From the NCBI GenBank assembly GCA_963837955.1, contig CAWIPH010000002.1, positions 1,312,001 through 1,376,000 of the forward strand: a stretch of 64,000 nucleotides of DNA, read 5' to 3'. This document shows positions 48,020-58,496 of this stretch, piece after piece. The notes under the pieces were generated by a model, which saw only the letters and a list, made by a program, of their open reading frames with translations, had not been told where the DNA came from and searched no databases. Source of the stretch: an uncultured Verrucomicrobiae bacterium (GTDB lineage: Bacteria; Verrucomicrobiota; Verrucomicrobiia; Chthoniobacterales; JAFAMB01). The position numbers and the translations under genes were made by a program. The number at the start of each line of letters is the position of its first letter. The first letter of the stretch is position 1.

Positions 48020-49681
48020 ATGTTCTCTCAAGTTTATAATCCGTTTAACAGCACATTACTTTCCGCGTTAGTCGCCGCTATCCCGATAGTTGTTCTGCTG
48101 GGAGCGATCGCTTTTCTGCGGATGAAGGCTCACATCGCCGCGTTGCTCGGCCTCATCGCTTCGTTGTCTGTAGCGATCTTCGTCTTTGGTATGCCTTCCC
48201 AGATGGCTGGGATGTCCGCTCTGTTTGGCGCTGCCTACGGTCTGATGCCCATCGGATGGATCATCCTGAATCTTATTTTTCTTTACCAACTCACGGTCGA
48301 TAGGGGCTATTTCAATATCCTCCAGAACAGTATCAGCGCGGTTACGCGCGACCGCCGGCTGCAACTGCTTTTGATCGCTTTTTCGTTCGGCGCATTTTTC
48401 GAAGGAGCCGCCGGATTCGGAACTCCGGTCGCGGTCACCGGAGCGATTCTGATTGGTCTTGGCTTTCGTCCGCTAGCGGCCTCCGGCCTTTCGCTGATTG
48501 CCAATACCGCGCCCGTGGCCTTTGGCGCATTGGGTACACCGGTGATTGCGCTCGCCGGGGTTACCGGTCTCGATCTGTTCCAACTCTCGAGCAAGATTGG
48601 CCAACAACTTCCGTGGTTCTCTTTAATCATCCCGTTCTGGTTGATTTGGGCATTCGCCGGTTTCCGCGGCATGCTTGGCATTTGGCCCGCGGCCCTGATC
48701 GCGGGGGGCTTCTTTGCCGTGCCGCAGTTCCTTATTTCCAACTTTCATGGACCCTGGTTAGTCGACATCGTTTCAGCCGTCGTCTCGATGACAGCTCTCA
48801 CGTTGTTCCTCCGAATTTGGCATCCTAAACAACTCTGGCTCGCGACCGAGCGTCCCGGGAACGACAATCCCGGGCATGCTAATAACCCTAGTCCGGTCGC
48901 CGATACCGACACGAGCGCGCTGTCATCTCGCCCTAGCCGTGCCGATACGATCAAGGCGTTGATCCCTTGGATCCTTCTGTGCGTTTTCGTCTTTGTTTGG
49001 GGTGTCCCGCAATTCAAAGCGTTTCTGGATGGGGTATTCGGTCCGAAGCTTCCCGTTCTAGGTCTCGACAAGCTGGTGCAGAAGATGCCTCCAGTGATGG
49101 CGAAACCTACTGCTGATGCTGCCGTCTATTCGTTTGGCATACTATCGGCAACCGGCACCGGGATTTTTTTGGCAGCGATCGTTGGCGGACTCGTTATGGG
49201 CTGTTCCTTTGGCAACCTGCTCCGGACCTACTGGCGAACCCTCAAACTCGTTCGGTTCTCGTTGCTCACAATCGCCTGCATGTTGGCGTTGGGTTACGTT
49301 ACCCGGTACTCTGGTACCGATGCAGCGCTCGGCCTCGCCTTTGCCCAGACGGGCGTGATTTACCCTTTCTTTGGCACTCTGCTCGGGTGGTTGGGAGTTG
49401 CACTTACCGGATCCGATACCGCCTCCAACGTCTTATTCGGCGGATTGCAAAAGATAACGGCCCAACAACTCGGACTGAATCCGGTTTTGATGGCCGCGGC
49501 CAACAGTAGTGGGGGAGTAATGGGGAAGATGATCGATGCTCAGAGCATTGTCGTCGCTTCGACTGCTACGCGCTGGTACGGTCACGAAGGAGATATTCTT
49601 CGCTTTGTTTTCTTCCATAGTATCGCGTTGGCGTCATTGGTCGGAATTTTGGTTACGTTGCAGGCGTACGTTTTTAAATAA
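48020..49681 (+). CDS. L-lactate/glycolate permease (LldP/GlcA family)
   Basis: FFEGAAGFGTP, ANTAPVAFGALGTP, TGSDTASNVLFG, GGVMGKMI. Confidence 0.93.
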   Translation: MFSQVYNPFNSTLLSALVAAIPIVVLLGAIAFLRMKAHIAALLGLIASLSVAIFVFGMPSQMAGMSALFGAAYGLMPIGWIILNLIFLYQLTVDRGYFNILQNSISAVTRDRRLQLLLIAFSFGAFFEGAAGFGTPVAVTGAILIGLGFRPLAASGLSLIANTAPVAFGALGTPVIALAGVTGLDLFQLSSKIGQQLPWFSLIIPFWLIWAFAGFRGMLGIWPAALIAGGFFAVPQFLISNFHGPWLVDIVSAVVSMTALTLFLRIWHPKQLWLATERPGNDNPGHANNPSPVADTDTSALSSRPSRADTIKALIPWILLCVFVFVWGVPQFKAFLDGVFGPKLPVLGLDKLVQKMPPVMAKPTADAAVYSFGILSATGTGIFLAAIVGGLVMGCSFGNLLRTYWRTLKLVRFSLLTIACMLALGYVTRYSGTDAALGLAFAQTGVIYPFFGTLLGWLGVALTGSDTASNVLFGGLQKITAQQLGLNPVLMAAANSSGGVMGKMIDAQSIVVASTATRWYGHEGDILRFVFFHSIALASLVGILVTLQAYVFK

Positions 49682-49786
49682 GGAACAGGGTAGCCTGATC
49701 CTCCTGGCTCAGGAATCCCAGGCGCTGCAAGTCTGCGGTCTCCCCCGTATCCGGGTCGTTACGAACGGACACGCAGGAGCGTGTTC

Positions 49787-50635
49787 CTACCGATCTTGTC
49801 GCACCAATTCTGAAACCACTGCGAAGTCTTGCTCGCCCCAGCCTTTTTCATCGGCTCGCGCCAGCACATGATTGACGGCCTTGGTCAGAGGAAGCTCGAG
49901 CTTTAGTTTCTCGGCTAAACTGAGCGCTAAATGAGAATCCTTTAACATGTTCCTGAGCGAAAAATTCGGATCAAAGTCTCGTTTGAGAATCGCTGGAAGT
50001 TTCATATCGCTGACGCCAGAACGACAGGCATTATTCTCAATCGCTTCGACTAATTTATTTGGATTCACTCCTGCCTTTTCAGTGATGGCTACCGCCTCTG
50101 CCAGGCTTTGCACGATGCTGGCGGTGATCAAATTCGTTGCGATCTTTATCAGGCTCGCATCGCCCAGGCGATCGAAGTAGACCATGTGTTTACTGGTTGC
50201 TTCCAGAATCGGTTTGGCTCGCTCTAAATCGGGTTGCTCGCCGGCCACGTAATAGACTAACTGACCTTTTTCCGCCGCGCCCTTGCTACCGGTAAACGGC
50301 GCGTCAATCAGGTGCGCTCCGATTGGATCAATTTCCTGTTTAATTTTTTTGATGGTATCCGGGGAAATTGTCGAATGCACGATCAAGAGATGCTGGGGCG
50401 TCAAAGCGGAGCGCAATTTCTCGATTGTTTCTAAAATCGCAGCATCGTTAGCGACGAAGATTTGCAGGATTTGGCATGTCTCTGCCAAGGCTTGCGGAGA
50501 TTGAACAAACTGTGGCTCATCCTTTGGTGTTCGGTTCCAAACATAAACATCAAATCCGGCTTTCCGTAGATTCTTGGCTACGCGAGCGCCAATGATGCCG
50601 AGACCGATAACCCCGACCCGGGAAGTAGTGCTCAT
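49787..50635 (-). CDS. beta-hydroxyacid dehydrogenase (3-hydroxyisobutyrate DH / tartronate semialdehyde reductase family)
   Basis: IGLGIIG, WNRT, DAPFTGS, catalytic K in IKIATN, MLKD. Confidence 0.88.
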   Translation of the reverse strand: MSTTSRVGVIGLGIIGARVAKNLRKAGFDVYVWNRTPKDEPQFVQSPQALAETCQILQIFVANDAAILETIEKLRSALTPQHLLIVHSTISPDTIKKIKQEIDPIGAHLIDAPFTGSKGAAEKGQLVYYVAGEQPDLERAKPILEATSKHMVYFDRLGDASLIKIATNLITASIVQSLAEAVAITEKAGVNPNKLVEAIENNACRSGVSDMKLPAILKRDFDPNFSLRNMLKDSHLALSLAEKLKLELPLTKAVNHVLARADEKGWGEQDFAVVSELVRQDR

Positions 50636-50825
50636 AAAGAACGGATAGCCCGACCGAAATCGCTCAACAAACGAATTTAATTTACGAGACAAATTAATCT
50701 TACATTGGAATCACCATGCAGGTTCGGAAATTTTGATTATCGTAGATCAATTCCAAAGCTGAAATGCAGACTGCAGTGCTGGGTCCTCGTGAGCCTGCCT
50801 ACAGTCCATGAAACAGGAGGTTTTT

Positions 50826-51491
50826 ATGCATTATCATGACGATGACAGCGCGGTTCCCGCCTCTGCGGATGAGAGTCGTTCTTCGCGGCGGCATTTTTTG
50901 AGCCAACTGGCGGCGTTATCCGCCAGCTTGACGGTCGCAATCCCGGCGGCACGCGCCGCATCGCCGAACGAGCGTCCAGCTCCGAAGAATTCCGATCCGG
51001 AAACTAAAGGATCTCGGGTAGACGTTGTTTTAAAGGTGAACGGTCGGGAAAGCCGACTAAAGCTCGATTCCCGAGTGACGTTGCTGGATGCTGTCCGCGA
51101 CCGACTGAACTTGAGCGGCACCAAGAAGGGATGCGATCATGGCGCGTGCGGCGCGTGCACGGTCTTGGTTGACGGGAAAAGGGTTCTTTCCTGTTTGACT
51201 TTGGCGGTGATGGCTCAAGGAAGGGAGATCACCACGATCGAGGGACTTGCGCACGGAGATGAACTGCATCCGGTGCAGGCCGCGTTTGTAACTTGTGATG
51301 GATTCCAGTGCGGTTATTGCACGCCAGGCCAGATCATGTCTGCTGTCGGTTGCATAGAAGAGGGGCATGCTCGTTCGGATAGCGAGATCAGGGAATTCAT
51401 GTCTGGCAACCTTTGTCGTTGCGGTGCCTACCCCAACATTGTTGAAGCGATCAAACACGCTGCGACTCAAATGAAAGGAGCGGTCAGTTAA
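50826..51491 (+). CDS. paoA: aldehyde oxidoreductase 2Fe-2S subunit with Tat signal (PaoA/YagT-like)
   Basis: SRRHFL Tat motif, GTKKGCDHGACGACT, FQCGYCTPG, NLCRC; AGGAGG RBS. Confidence 0.88.
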   Translation: MHYHDDDSAVPASADESRSSRRHFLSQLAALSASLTVAIPAARAASPNERPAPKNSDPETKGSRVDVVLKVNGRESRLKLDSRVTLLDAVRDRLNLSGTKKGCDHGACGACTVLVDGKRVLSCLTLAVMAQGREITTIEGLAHGDELHPVQAAFVTCDGFQCGYCTPGQIMSAVGCIEEGHARSDSEIREFMSGNLCRCGAYPNIVEAIKHAATQMKGAVS

Positions 51492-52465
51492 TGCAAGCCT
51501 TTCATTTTAATTTAGCGACCTCTCAAAAAGAGGCTGCTGCCGGTAGGACTGGTGCGGCTTTCATCGCGGGTGGCACCAACCTGATCGACCTGATGAAGCT
51601 GGAGGTCATGACCCCTGCGCAACTCATTGATCTCGGGCCACTCTCTTTACGCGGTGTGAAGGTGGATGATAGCGGACTCCATATTGGCGCGCTCGAAAAA
51701 ATGGCCGCGGTCGCGGAAGATCCACAAGTAGTTAAGAAGTATCCAGTCATTTCCCAGGCGTTGTTGAAGAGCGCTTCGGCCCAAATTCGCAATATGGCCA
51801 CGATGGGAGGCAATCTGATGCAGCGAACGCGTTGCGGATATTTTCGAGATGTTGTTTCTCCCTGCAACAAGCGCGTACCCGGCAGCGGTTGTCCAGCGTT
51901 TGACGGCGAAAATCGGATGCACGCAATCTTCGGAGTGAGCGACTCTTGCTGCGCGACTCATCCGAGCGACCTGGCGGTCGCCTTGGTTGCTCTCGATGCC
52001 GTCCTGAAGCTAGAAAGTTCGCGAGAGATCCGGCAGGTAAAGCTGGAAGATTTTTATTTGCTACCAGGGAAGACGCCGGATCGAGAGCACGACATTCGCC
52101 CTGGTGAGATCATCACCGAAATTTTTGTCCCTCGCAAAGCGTGGGCTGGTCGGTCCGGTTATCTGAAGATTCGGGATAGAGAGTCTTATGAGTTTGCGTT
52201 GAGTTCGGCTGCGGCGGCTCTTGATCTTGATGGTTCGACCATTCGAGATGCCCGGATCGCCGTGGGTGGCGTCGGAACCAAGCCATGGGTTCTTCCGCAT
52301 GTGGTGGAAGCGCTCAAGGGAAAAAACGCCAATCGGGCGGTATTCGAGGCCGCGGCGGAGCAGGCGACTGAGGGTGCAAAAACGTTGAGCCAAAACAGTT
52401 TCAAAGTGCCCCTGCTCAAAAAGACAATTGTTCGTGTTCTCAGCGAGGTAGGAGGTGTCGTATGA
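51491..52465 (+). CDS. paoB: aldehyde oxidoreductase FAD subunit (PaoB/YagS-like)
   Basis: AGGTNLIDLMK, QIRNMATMGGNL, Cys insert RCGYF..CNKR..GC, HPSD. Confidence 0.88.
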   Translation: MQAFHFNLATSQKEAAAGRTGAAFIAGGTNLIDLMKLEVMTPAQLIDLGPLSLRGVKVDDSGLHIGALEKMAAVAEDPQVVKKYPVISQALLKSASAQIRNMATMGGNLMQRTRCGYFRDVVSPCNKRVPGSGCPAFDGENRMHAIFGVSDSCCATHPSDLAVALVALDAVLKLESSREIRQVKLEDFYLLPGKTPDREHDIRPGEIITEIFVPRKAWAGRSGYLKIRDRESYEFALSSAAAALDLDGSTIRDARIAVGGVGTKPWVLPHVVEALKGKNANRAVFEAAAEQATEGAKTLSQNSFKVPLLKKTIVRVLSEVGGVV

Positions 52466-54687
52466 GTGGTGTTTTTCAAGGACTCAATCGTGACCGTTTC
52501 GATGCAAAACTGAAAGTCACAGGGCAGGCGATGTATTCGGGAGACCATGATCTCCCTAATTTGGCTTTTGGTTATCTGATCCAAAGCAGCATTGGCCGCG
52601 GCCAAATCCGCGCTTTTGACCTGAGTGCTGCCGAAGAAAGCCCTGAGGTGATTGCAATTTTCACTCCGTTTAATTCGCTTAAGCTCTATCGGCCGCTTGG
52701 TCGTGACGAAGAGGTCAATAGCGGCGATGCGATCCCCTTGCTTCAGGATACGCAAGTACACTATTTCGGCCAAACCATTGGGTTAATTGTCGCTGAATCC
52801 TTCGAGCAAGCGCGAGATGCAGCTGCGCTGATCAAAGTAATCTATGAACCGAGACCGGCGGTGTGCACGTTGGAATCGGGGATGGCAAAGGCTTATCAGC
52901 CGCAAAGTGTGTCGGGGATGCCAGCGACCGTGAGCATCTTAGAATCAGGAGTGCCTTCGATCGACGAAGCTCTTCGACAGGCGGACGTATCGATTGCTCA
53001 AGAGTATACCAGCCCCATCGAGCACCACAATCCGATGGAGCCGCACGCCACGGTGGCGGTTTGGGAGGAGGATCGTCTCACGGTCTACGATGCGACCCAG
53101 TGGGTGGATGGCCACCAACGAAACTTAGCGGCAGTCCTCGGAGTGGATGTTGATCACGTGCGCGTTGTTTGTCCTTTTGTCGGCGGGGCGTTTGGCTGCA
53201 AAGGGTCGATGTGGATGCACTCACCGCTCACCGCGGCGGCCGCCAGGGTTTTGAACCGACCGGTGAAAACAATTCTGACGCGTGAGCAGATGTACTCTAC
53301 GGTCGGTCATCGCCCGACAACCCTGCAGAAAATCGAGCTGGGAGCGACCCGCGAAGGTGTGCTGCGGGCCGTGAAGCATGAAACCTTTTCGTCGACCGCG
53401 GTAGTCAAAGAATTCGTTGAGGCAGCGGCGCACCGAACCTCTCGTTATCTTTACAAATCGCCGAGTATCTTTGTCAGCCACCGGTTGGTTCCACTCGATA
53501 TCGCGCCCGGCACTTTTATGCGAGCGCCCGGGGTGGCTCCCGGAATGTATGCGCTGGAGTCGGCCATGGATGAGTTAGCGGTAAAGCTCGGGATCGATCC
53601 CGTTGAGTTGCGAGTAAAGAACCATGCCGAAATCTATCCGGGCGGGAACCTTCCATGGTCATCCAAGCATTTATTAGAATGCTATCAGAGAGGCGCAGAC
53701 AAATTCGGATGGGCAATGCGCGACCCGAAGCCACGCATGTCCAGAGATGGTGACTGGCGGATTGGTCAGGGAATGGCGACAGCCCTTTATCCCGCACATC
53801 GCAGTAACGCCTCGGCGAAAATACGACTGCAAGCGGACGGATACGTCACGGTATCGAGCGCAACCCATGACCTCGGGACCGGGATGTATACCGTACTGGC
53901 GATTGTGGGGGCCCAGTCGCTCGAAATCTCTTACGAGCGAGTCCGCGCTGTGTTAGGTGATTCGGGCTTGCCGCCGGCACCGGGGGCTGGAGGCTCTCAG
54001 TCCACCGCAAGTGTCGGTCCGGCTGTCGTTGCAGCTGCCGAATCGGTCAAAAAGAAGTTGATTGAAGTGGCAGTCAAGGATCAGAAGTCTCCTTTCCAGG
54101 GCGCGAAGCCGGAGGAGCTTTCTTATGCGAACGGCGAAATTCATGGTGGCGGTAAATCGTTGTCCTTCGGTCAATTATTAAGCGCGCTCGGCCGAAGTGC
54201 GGTCGAGTCAACTGACTCAGCAGCTCCCGGAGAGGAAGAGCACAAATACGCTTTTGACTCTTTTGGCGCGCAATTCTGCGAAGTAAAGGTTCACGACCTC
54301 ACAGGTGAGGTGCGGGTGAATCGGTTTTCCAGTGTTATGGACGTTGGCACCGTGGTGAGCGAGAAGACCGCCCGCAGCCAGATCATCGGAGGGATTGTGT
54401 TTGGTGTCGGAATGGCGCTCTTGGAGGCGACTCAATACGACGCTCGAACCGGTTGGATTGCCAATCGTAACATCGCCGAATATTTGGTGGCGACAAACGC
54501 GGACATTCCGCCCGTCGACGTGGAGTTTCTCAATCGTCCGGATTTGGTCTTTAATTCGATCGGCGCTCGCGGAATAGGCGAAATCGGAATTAGCGGAGCG
54601 CCGGCCGCGGTGGCGAACGCGGTCTATCACGCAACCGGTAAGCGAATTCGGAAGTTGCCTATTCGGCCTGAAAATCTGATAACTTAG
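52462..54687 (+). CDS. paoC: aldehyde oxidoreductase molybdopterin subunit (PaoC/YagR-like)
   Basis: KVTG, HHNPMEPH, GGAFGCKG, MRAPG, GIGEIG. Confidence 0.88.
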   Translation: MSGVFQGLNRDRFDAKLKVTGQAMYSGDHDLPNLAFGYLIQSSIGRGQIRAFDLSAAEESPEVIAIFTPFNSLKLYRPLGRDEEVNSGDAIPLLQDTQVHYFGQTIGLIVAESFEQARDAAALIKVIYEPRPAVCTLESGMAKAYQPQSVSGMPATVSILESGVPSIDEALRQADVSIAQEYTSPIEHHNPMEPHATVAVWEEDRLTVYDATQWVDGHQRNLAAVLGVDVDHVRVVCPFVGGAFGCKGSMWMHSPLTAAAARVLNRPVKTILTREQMYSTVGHRPTTLQKIELGATREGVLRAVKHETFSSTAVVKEFVEAAAHRTSRYLYKSPSIFVSHRLVPLDIAPGTFMRAPGVAPGMYALESAMDELAVKLGIDPVELRVKNHAEIYPGGNLPWSSKHLLECYQRGADKFGWAMRDPKPRMSRDGDWRIGQGMATALYPAHRSNASAKIRLQADGYVTVSSATHDLGTGMYTVLAIVGAQSLEISYERVRAVLGDSGLPPAPGAGGSQSTASVGPAVVAAAESVKKKLIEVAVKDQKSPFQGAKPEELSYANGEIHGGGKSLSFGQLLSALGRSAVESTDSAAPGEEEHKYAFDSFGAQFCEVKVHDLTGEVRVNRFSSVMDVGTVVSEKTARSQIIGGIVFGVGMALLEATQYDARTGWIANRNIAEYLVATNADIPPVDVEFLNRPDLVFNSIGARGIGEIGISGAPAAVANAVYHATGKRIRKLPIRPENLIT

Positions 54688-54689
54688 CG

Positions 54690-55604
54690 ATGGCCTGGAG
54701 CGATTTACGTTCAATTCTCAACCGATACGAACGGGAGACAGGCCCGTTCGTGTTGGCCACCCTCGTGCGGGTCTCCGGCTCGAGTTATCGTGGCCCCGGA
54801 GCCCGCGTCTTGATCAATCGCGATGGATCGTTTGTGGGACGCGTGAGCGCGGGGTGCCTGGAGGAAGAAATCGTTGCTCTGGCTTCGACAGTTTTTGCGA
54901 CCGGAAAGAAACAACTGACAGCGTTCGATTTGCGGCCTCGATTTGCCTGCGACGGTACCGTGCAGGTATTCCTGGAGCCGATCGTTAAGCCACATTCTTT
55001 CTTTGCGGCGTTGGATAAGGTTCTCCGTCTGCGAGCGCCGATTTTCGTGGAAGTGACATTTCAAGGAGACGAGCAGGGGACTCATTTAGCAGAGAATCCG
55101 TTCAGCCTGAATGGGGGCACCTTTATTCAGCGAATCAATCCTCCGGTTCGCCTCTTTATCGTGGGCCGGCAATTCGACGTCGAACCTGTCGCTCAGTTCG
55201 GCCGGTTGCTAGGTTGGCAGACAGAAATTGTTCCGGACGGTTCTGGCCTTTTGCCGGCAGATGCTCAAACCGGGGCCGTTATCATGTCACACAACTTTGG
55301 CCAGGATTTCGGAGCGTTGCAGGCGGCTTGGCAGCAAGGATATCCGTATGTTGCGCTGGTGGGCGGCAATCGTCGTAAGTCACAGCTCTTTCATCTTTTG
55401 GCTGAGCAGGGCGCCCCGCTCGAGTGGATCGACCGCATTTTTAGTCCGGCCGGCCTGGATATCGGTGCCGAATCGTCGGAAGAGATCGCTCTGGCGATTG
55501 TTTCGGAAGTGCAAGCCGCTCTTGCCGGGCGGGCTTCCGGTTTTCTCAGAGATAGGAGCGGCTCGATACATCAGTGGAAGGAGCCAGCGCGATGGTCGGC
55601 CTGA
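54690..55604 (+). CDS. XdhC/CoxI family Moco insertion chaperone
   Basis: ATLVRVSGSSYR, SAGCLE, MSHN, PAGLDIGAE..EEIALAI. Confidence 0.9.
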   Translation: MAWSDLRSILNRYERETGPFVLATLVRVSGSSYRGPGARVLINRDGSFVGRVSAGCLEEEIVALASTVFATGKKQLTAFDLRPRFACDGTVQVFLEPIVKPHSFFAALDKVLRLRAPIFVEVTFQGDEQGTHLAENPFSLNGGTFIQRINPPVRLFIVGRQFDVEPVAQFGRLLGWQTEIVPDGSGLLPADAQTGAVIMSHNFGQDFGALQAAWQQGYPYVALVGGNRRKSQLFHLLAEQGAPLEWIDRIFSPAGLDIGAESSEEIALAIVSEVQAALAGRASGFLRDRSGSIHQWKEPARWSA

Positions 55605-55870
55605 CCGGAGTGCTGCTGCGGCAGGAGTTTCGCATCGGTTGGGATTTTCCTAAACAATTGGCGCTGCTCAATGAGGAGCCGCTCATCCAGCGTACCGCTC
55701 GCATTGCTACCGGCAATCTTCCGCTAATAGTGGTCTTGGGTCATAAAAGCGAGGAGTGTCGTTCAGCGGTGATTTGCAGGAATGCCGGCGACCAACAGCA
55801 AATAGGCGGTAGCAAAATTTTGGCTAGCGGCTATTGGCGTAGCGAACGTCGAAGCGCTCCAGGCGTTTGA
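55592..55870 (+). pseudogene. degraded MocA-like molybdenum cofactor nucleotidyltransferase
   Basis: AAGVSHRLGF lies in a shifted frame between VLL and PKQL..EPLI..VVLG; ORF ends after about 92 aa. Confidence 0.7.
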
Positions 55871-56139
55871 TTGGGGCTCGTGCGCTGAGGCTTTGGTAAA
55901 TCGACAACCTTTGCGTGGGGTGTCTCCCCAGCCTCCGGCTTGACGTTTTCGACTTCGCCGCCGCGTCTATGGACTATCTTGGCCGCAATCGCGAAACACA
56001 TGGTCCGATATTCGTTAGTGCCGTCGTCGACGAATATGACGCGTTTGTCGCGCAGATCCTTTCGGCCTTTTATCCCTTTACCTAAACCGAGATCCTGTAA
56101 CATCGATTCGGCATGGGTTTGAGCTCGTTTCCAAGACAT
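55831..56139 (-). CDS. hypothetical protein
   Basis: 102-aa ORF filling the gap, no recognisable motif. Confidence 0.35.
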   Translation of the reverse strand: MSWKRAQTHAESMLQDLGLGKGIKGRKDLRDKRVIFVDDGTNEYRTMCFAIAAKIVHRRGGEVENVKPEAGETPHAKVVDLPKPQRTSPNQTPGALRRSLRQ

Positions 56140-56239
56140 ACGGGTAAGGACGAGACCCTACGGACGCATGGTCGCAGTGACCAGTAAAATTTCAACGCAA
56201 TGTTTTGCACTATTCGCAGTCGCTTCGCAACGGCCAAGC

Positions 56240-57337
56240 CTAAGCTGGGCTGGTAGCCGGAACGACTGGGTTTCTGGATCGCCAACGGTCCAAAATCCAG
56301 GCGACCAGAAAAACGCTGCTGATCTGCAACACGACTAGAAAAGTCGCATAGCTATCTACCCCGTGATGGCGCGCACTGATCAATCCGCCGATGAAAATCG
56401 ATACACACACCTGACAGGAGAAAATAGGAAGCATATGCTCGCCCACGGCCCTGATCGGACGCAATGTGAGATTCCATTTGCGCAGATTCGGTAGAAGCTT
56501 GCTGGCGAACCAGGCAATCGCAAAAAAGTTCAGCACCCGCAACGGGCCCAGATGCCATTTGTCTAGAAACCAATAGTCCCTGGCCGGATCAACATCGGCA
56601 TAAATGCAGATCCAGCGCCAAATGAGCATGCCGGCGGCCAGGAGGAGGAGAGCGAATTCCGCCACCCGAGGCATTTGCGTTACCGGTTTCCTCTCCTGAT
56701 ATGAGCGGCCGAACATGAGCCCTCCGATCCAAAGCAATTGCCACGAGAAAAGGTCAAACGGTCCGAAGTGAATAAAGGACACATCCTGCGTGCCTTGCAT
56801 CAGATGATCTTGGATCCGAAATTGGGAAATTAGCCAGATGCCGACACTGGCAAAGAAAACGTTCCTCCATCCCCACATTCGCGCGGCCCAAAACGCGAGC
56901 GGCGTAAGGAAGGAGAAGACGATATACATCGGCAGAATGTCGAGAAGCGGTGGCTGAAACAGCAGCGTTACCGAGCCGGCAATCGCGGCAGCAGGGTTCG
57001 TGAAAAATTGCGAAAGAATATTTTGGACGCCCGGGAGACCGGCAAGAAAAAGACTCCCCACGGCAAAGATAAAGAACAGGGTTATCAAGTGCGCTTGATA
57101 GATCCGGTAGGCGCGAAGAAAGGTTGCGGTCCGAGCCGCCTCGAATCCCTTCGTTTCAGCGCGTTTCTGGAAGAGTAGCCCAGCTAGGAAAGCGGAAACG
57201 AAGACGAATCCCTCGGCCGTGGAAAAAAATCCGATCGGCTGATCCGTAATCCGTCGCAGCGGCGAAGGAACGTGGTTGACCACCATCATGAGCAGCAAAA
57301 GACCCCGCAATACATCAAGTTCCACCAATCGTTTCAT
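56240..57337 (-). CDS. OpgC domain-containing membrane protein
   Basis: LDVLRG..NH, STAEGFVFVS, LDILPMY, FSWQLLW, DKWHLGPLR. Confidence 0.88.
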   Translation of the reverse strand: MKRLVELDVLRGLLLLMMVVNHVPSPLRRITDQPIGFFSTAEGFVFVSAFLAGLLFQKRAETKGFEAARTATFLRAYRIYQAHLITLFFIFAVGSLFLAGLPGVQNILSQFFTNPAAAIAGSVTLLFQPPLLDILPMYIVFSFLTPLAFWAARMWGWRNVFFASVGIWLISQFRIQDHLMQGTQDVSFIHFGPFDLFSWQLLWIGGLMFGRSYQERKPVTQMPRVAEFALLLLAAGMLIWRWICIYADVDPARDYWFLDKWHLGPLRVLNFFAIAWFASKLLPNLRKWNLTLRPIRAVGEHMLPIFSCQVCVSIFIGGLISARHHGVDSYATFLVVLQISSVFLVAWILDRWRSRNPVVPATSPA

Positions 57338-57354
57338 CGCTTAGTTCTCTCCAG

Positions 57355-57370
57355 GGCAACTCCCATGCCA
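57355..57370 (-). promoter_or_regulatory. putative sigma-54 promoter for the OpgC-like gene
   Basis: TGGCATGGGAGTTGCC on the minus strand, 17 nt before the ATG. Confidence 0.6.
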
Positions 57371-57629
57371 GATTCGGTTTTTCTTGATTCTCCCGTGTTG
57401 TATTTATTTTTCGCGCACCCGTCGGGGTGTGCGCGTTACGTGCGTTTTGCATTTCCTCTCTGGCGTTGTACGAAACCTAGAGACGGACTATGTCGCGTTT
57501 CAGTCACCACTTATAATGAGAACGGCGACGAGTTTGTGACCGACGGTCCTAAATGCCGAACCGCCGGACCGGTATTTTCCAAAATCCCCGATATGGGATT
57601 CTGTTTTCCCTTTTTGTTGCTTGTCGCAG

Positions 57630-58418
57630 TTACGAAACTTTTGCTGCAGCGTCATCCCGGACAGAGTTGAGCTCTTTGTTCTCCTGTGTGCCGCGCTTAG
57701 GTGTGAAGAGATTTGTTGTGTTTGCCGCAACCGCAGCGACGAATGCCGCGACCAAAGGATGATTGCGGCCGGCTAAGGCGGCTCTCTCCGGCTGAAACTG
57801 AGTGCCGAAAAAGAAAGGATGATTTTCCATCTCTACCGCTCGGACCTCGCCCTGCAGGTCGACACCGGCCACTCGCAATGGCCCGTTCTCAAACTTCGCC
57901 GCAAATTCTCGGTTAAGACCGAATCGGCAGTGATATGGCTCATCGATTACGCTTTGGCCGTAGATTTCGGCAGTGCGGGAACCACTTCGCAAAAAGATTC
58001 GATCTTCTACCTCAACCAGCGCGCATTGCAGCGGTGTGATCAACGGTAGCCGGGCGTCTGGATTCGATTCTTGGTGATCCGCGTCGACAAGTCCAAGGAC
58101 CGATCGAGCGTATTCAACTATCGCATGCTGAAAACCACCGCAGGTACCGAGGAAGGGTCGCTTTTGCTCGCGCGCAAACCGAATAGCGCGAAGAGCGCCA
58201 TCCATGCTTTTGTAAGGGCTCCCCGGAACGCACCAAAAGCCGGCGTATTGAGAGAGCGCTTCATCCGAAGCTGCAACAGCTGTTTCAGTCGGTAACCAAA
58301 CGATGACAGGCGGAGTCTCCACCCCGTGTGAAGCGAGCTCAACGGCTCGAGGAATCGCGCGATGCGCGGTGACACCAGGATCGTAATCTCCAATCAGGGC
58401 GATCGAATGGGTCGGCAT
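57630..58418 (-). CDS. stand-alone CTP synthase C-terminal-like glutamine amidotransferase
   Basis: IALIGDY, PGSPY, LGTCGGFQH, YHCRFG, QFQPER. Confidence 0.85.
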   Translation of the reverse strand: MPTHSIALIGDYDPGVTAHRAIPRAVELASHGVETPPVIVWLPTETAVAASDEALSQYAGFWCVPGSPYKSMDGALRAIRFAREQKRPFLGTCGGFQHAIVEYARSVLGLVDADHQESNPDARLPLITPLQCALVEVEDRIFLRSGSRTAEIYGQSVIDEPYHCRFGLNREFAAKFENGPLRVAGVDLQGEVRAVEMENHPFFFGTQFQPERAALAGRNHPLVAAFVAAVAANTTNLFTPKRGTQENKELNSVRDDAAAKVS

Positions 58419-58496
58419 CGAATTCTTTAGCACACCACATCTAAGCATTCAAACACGTCGGGGATGCCTCGTGTTTAAGATCCAGATGTGGTCGCT

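Noticed and set aside
57630..58418. Calling this gene pyrG
   Set aside because: Only the glutaminase-like domain is present, with no synthetase domain, and the HPE His is replaced by Gln.
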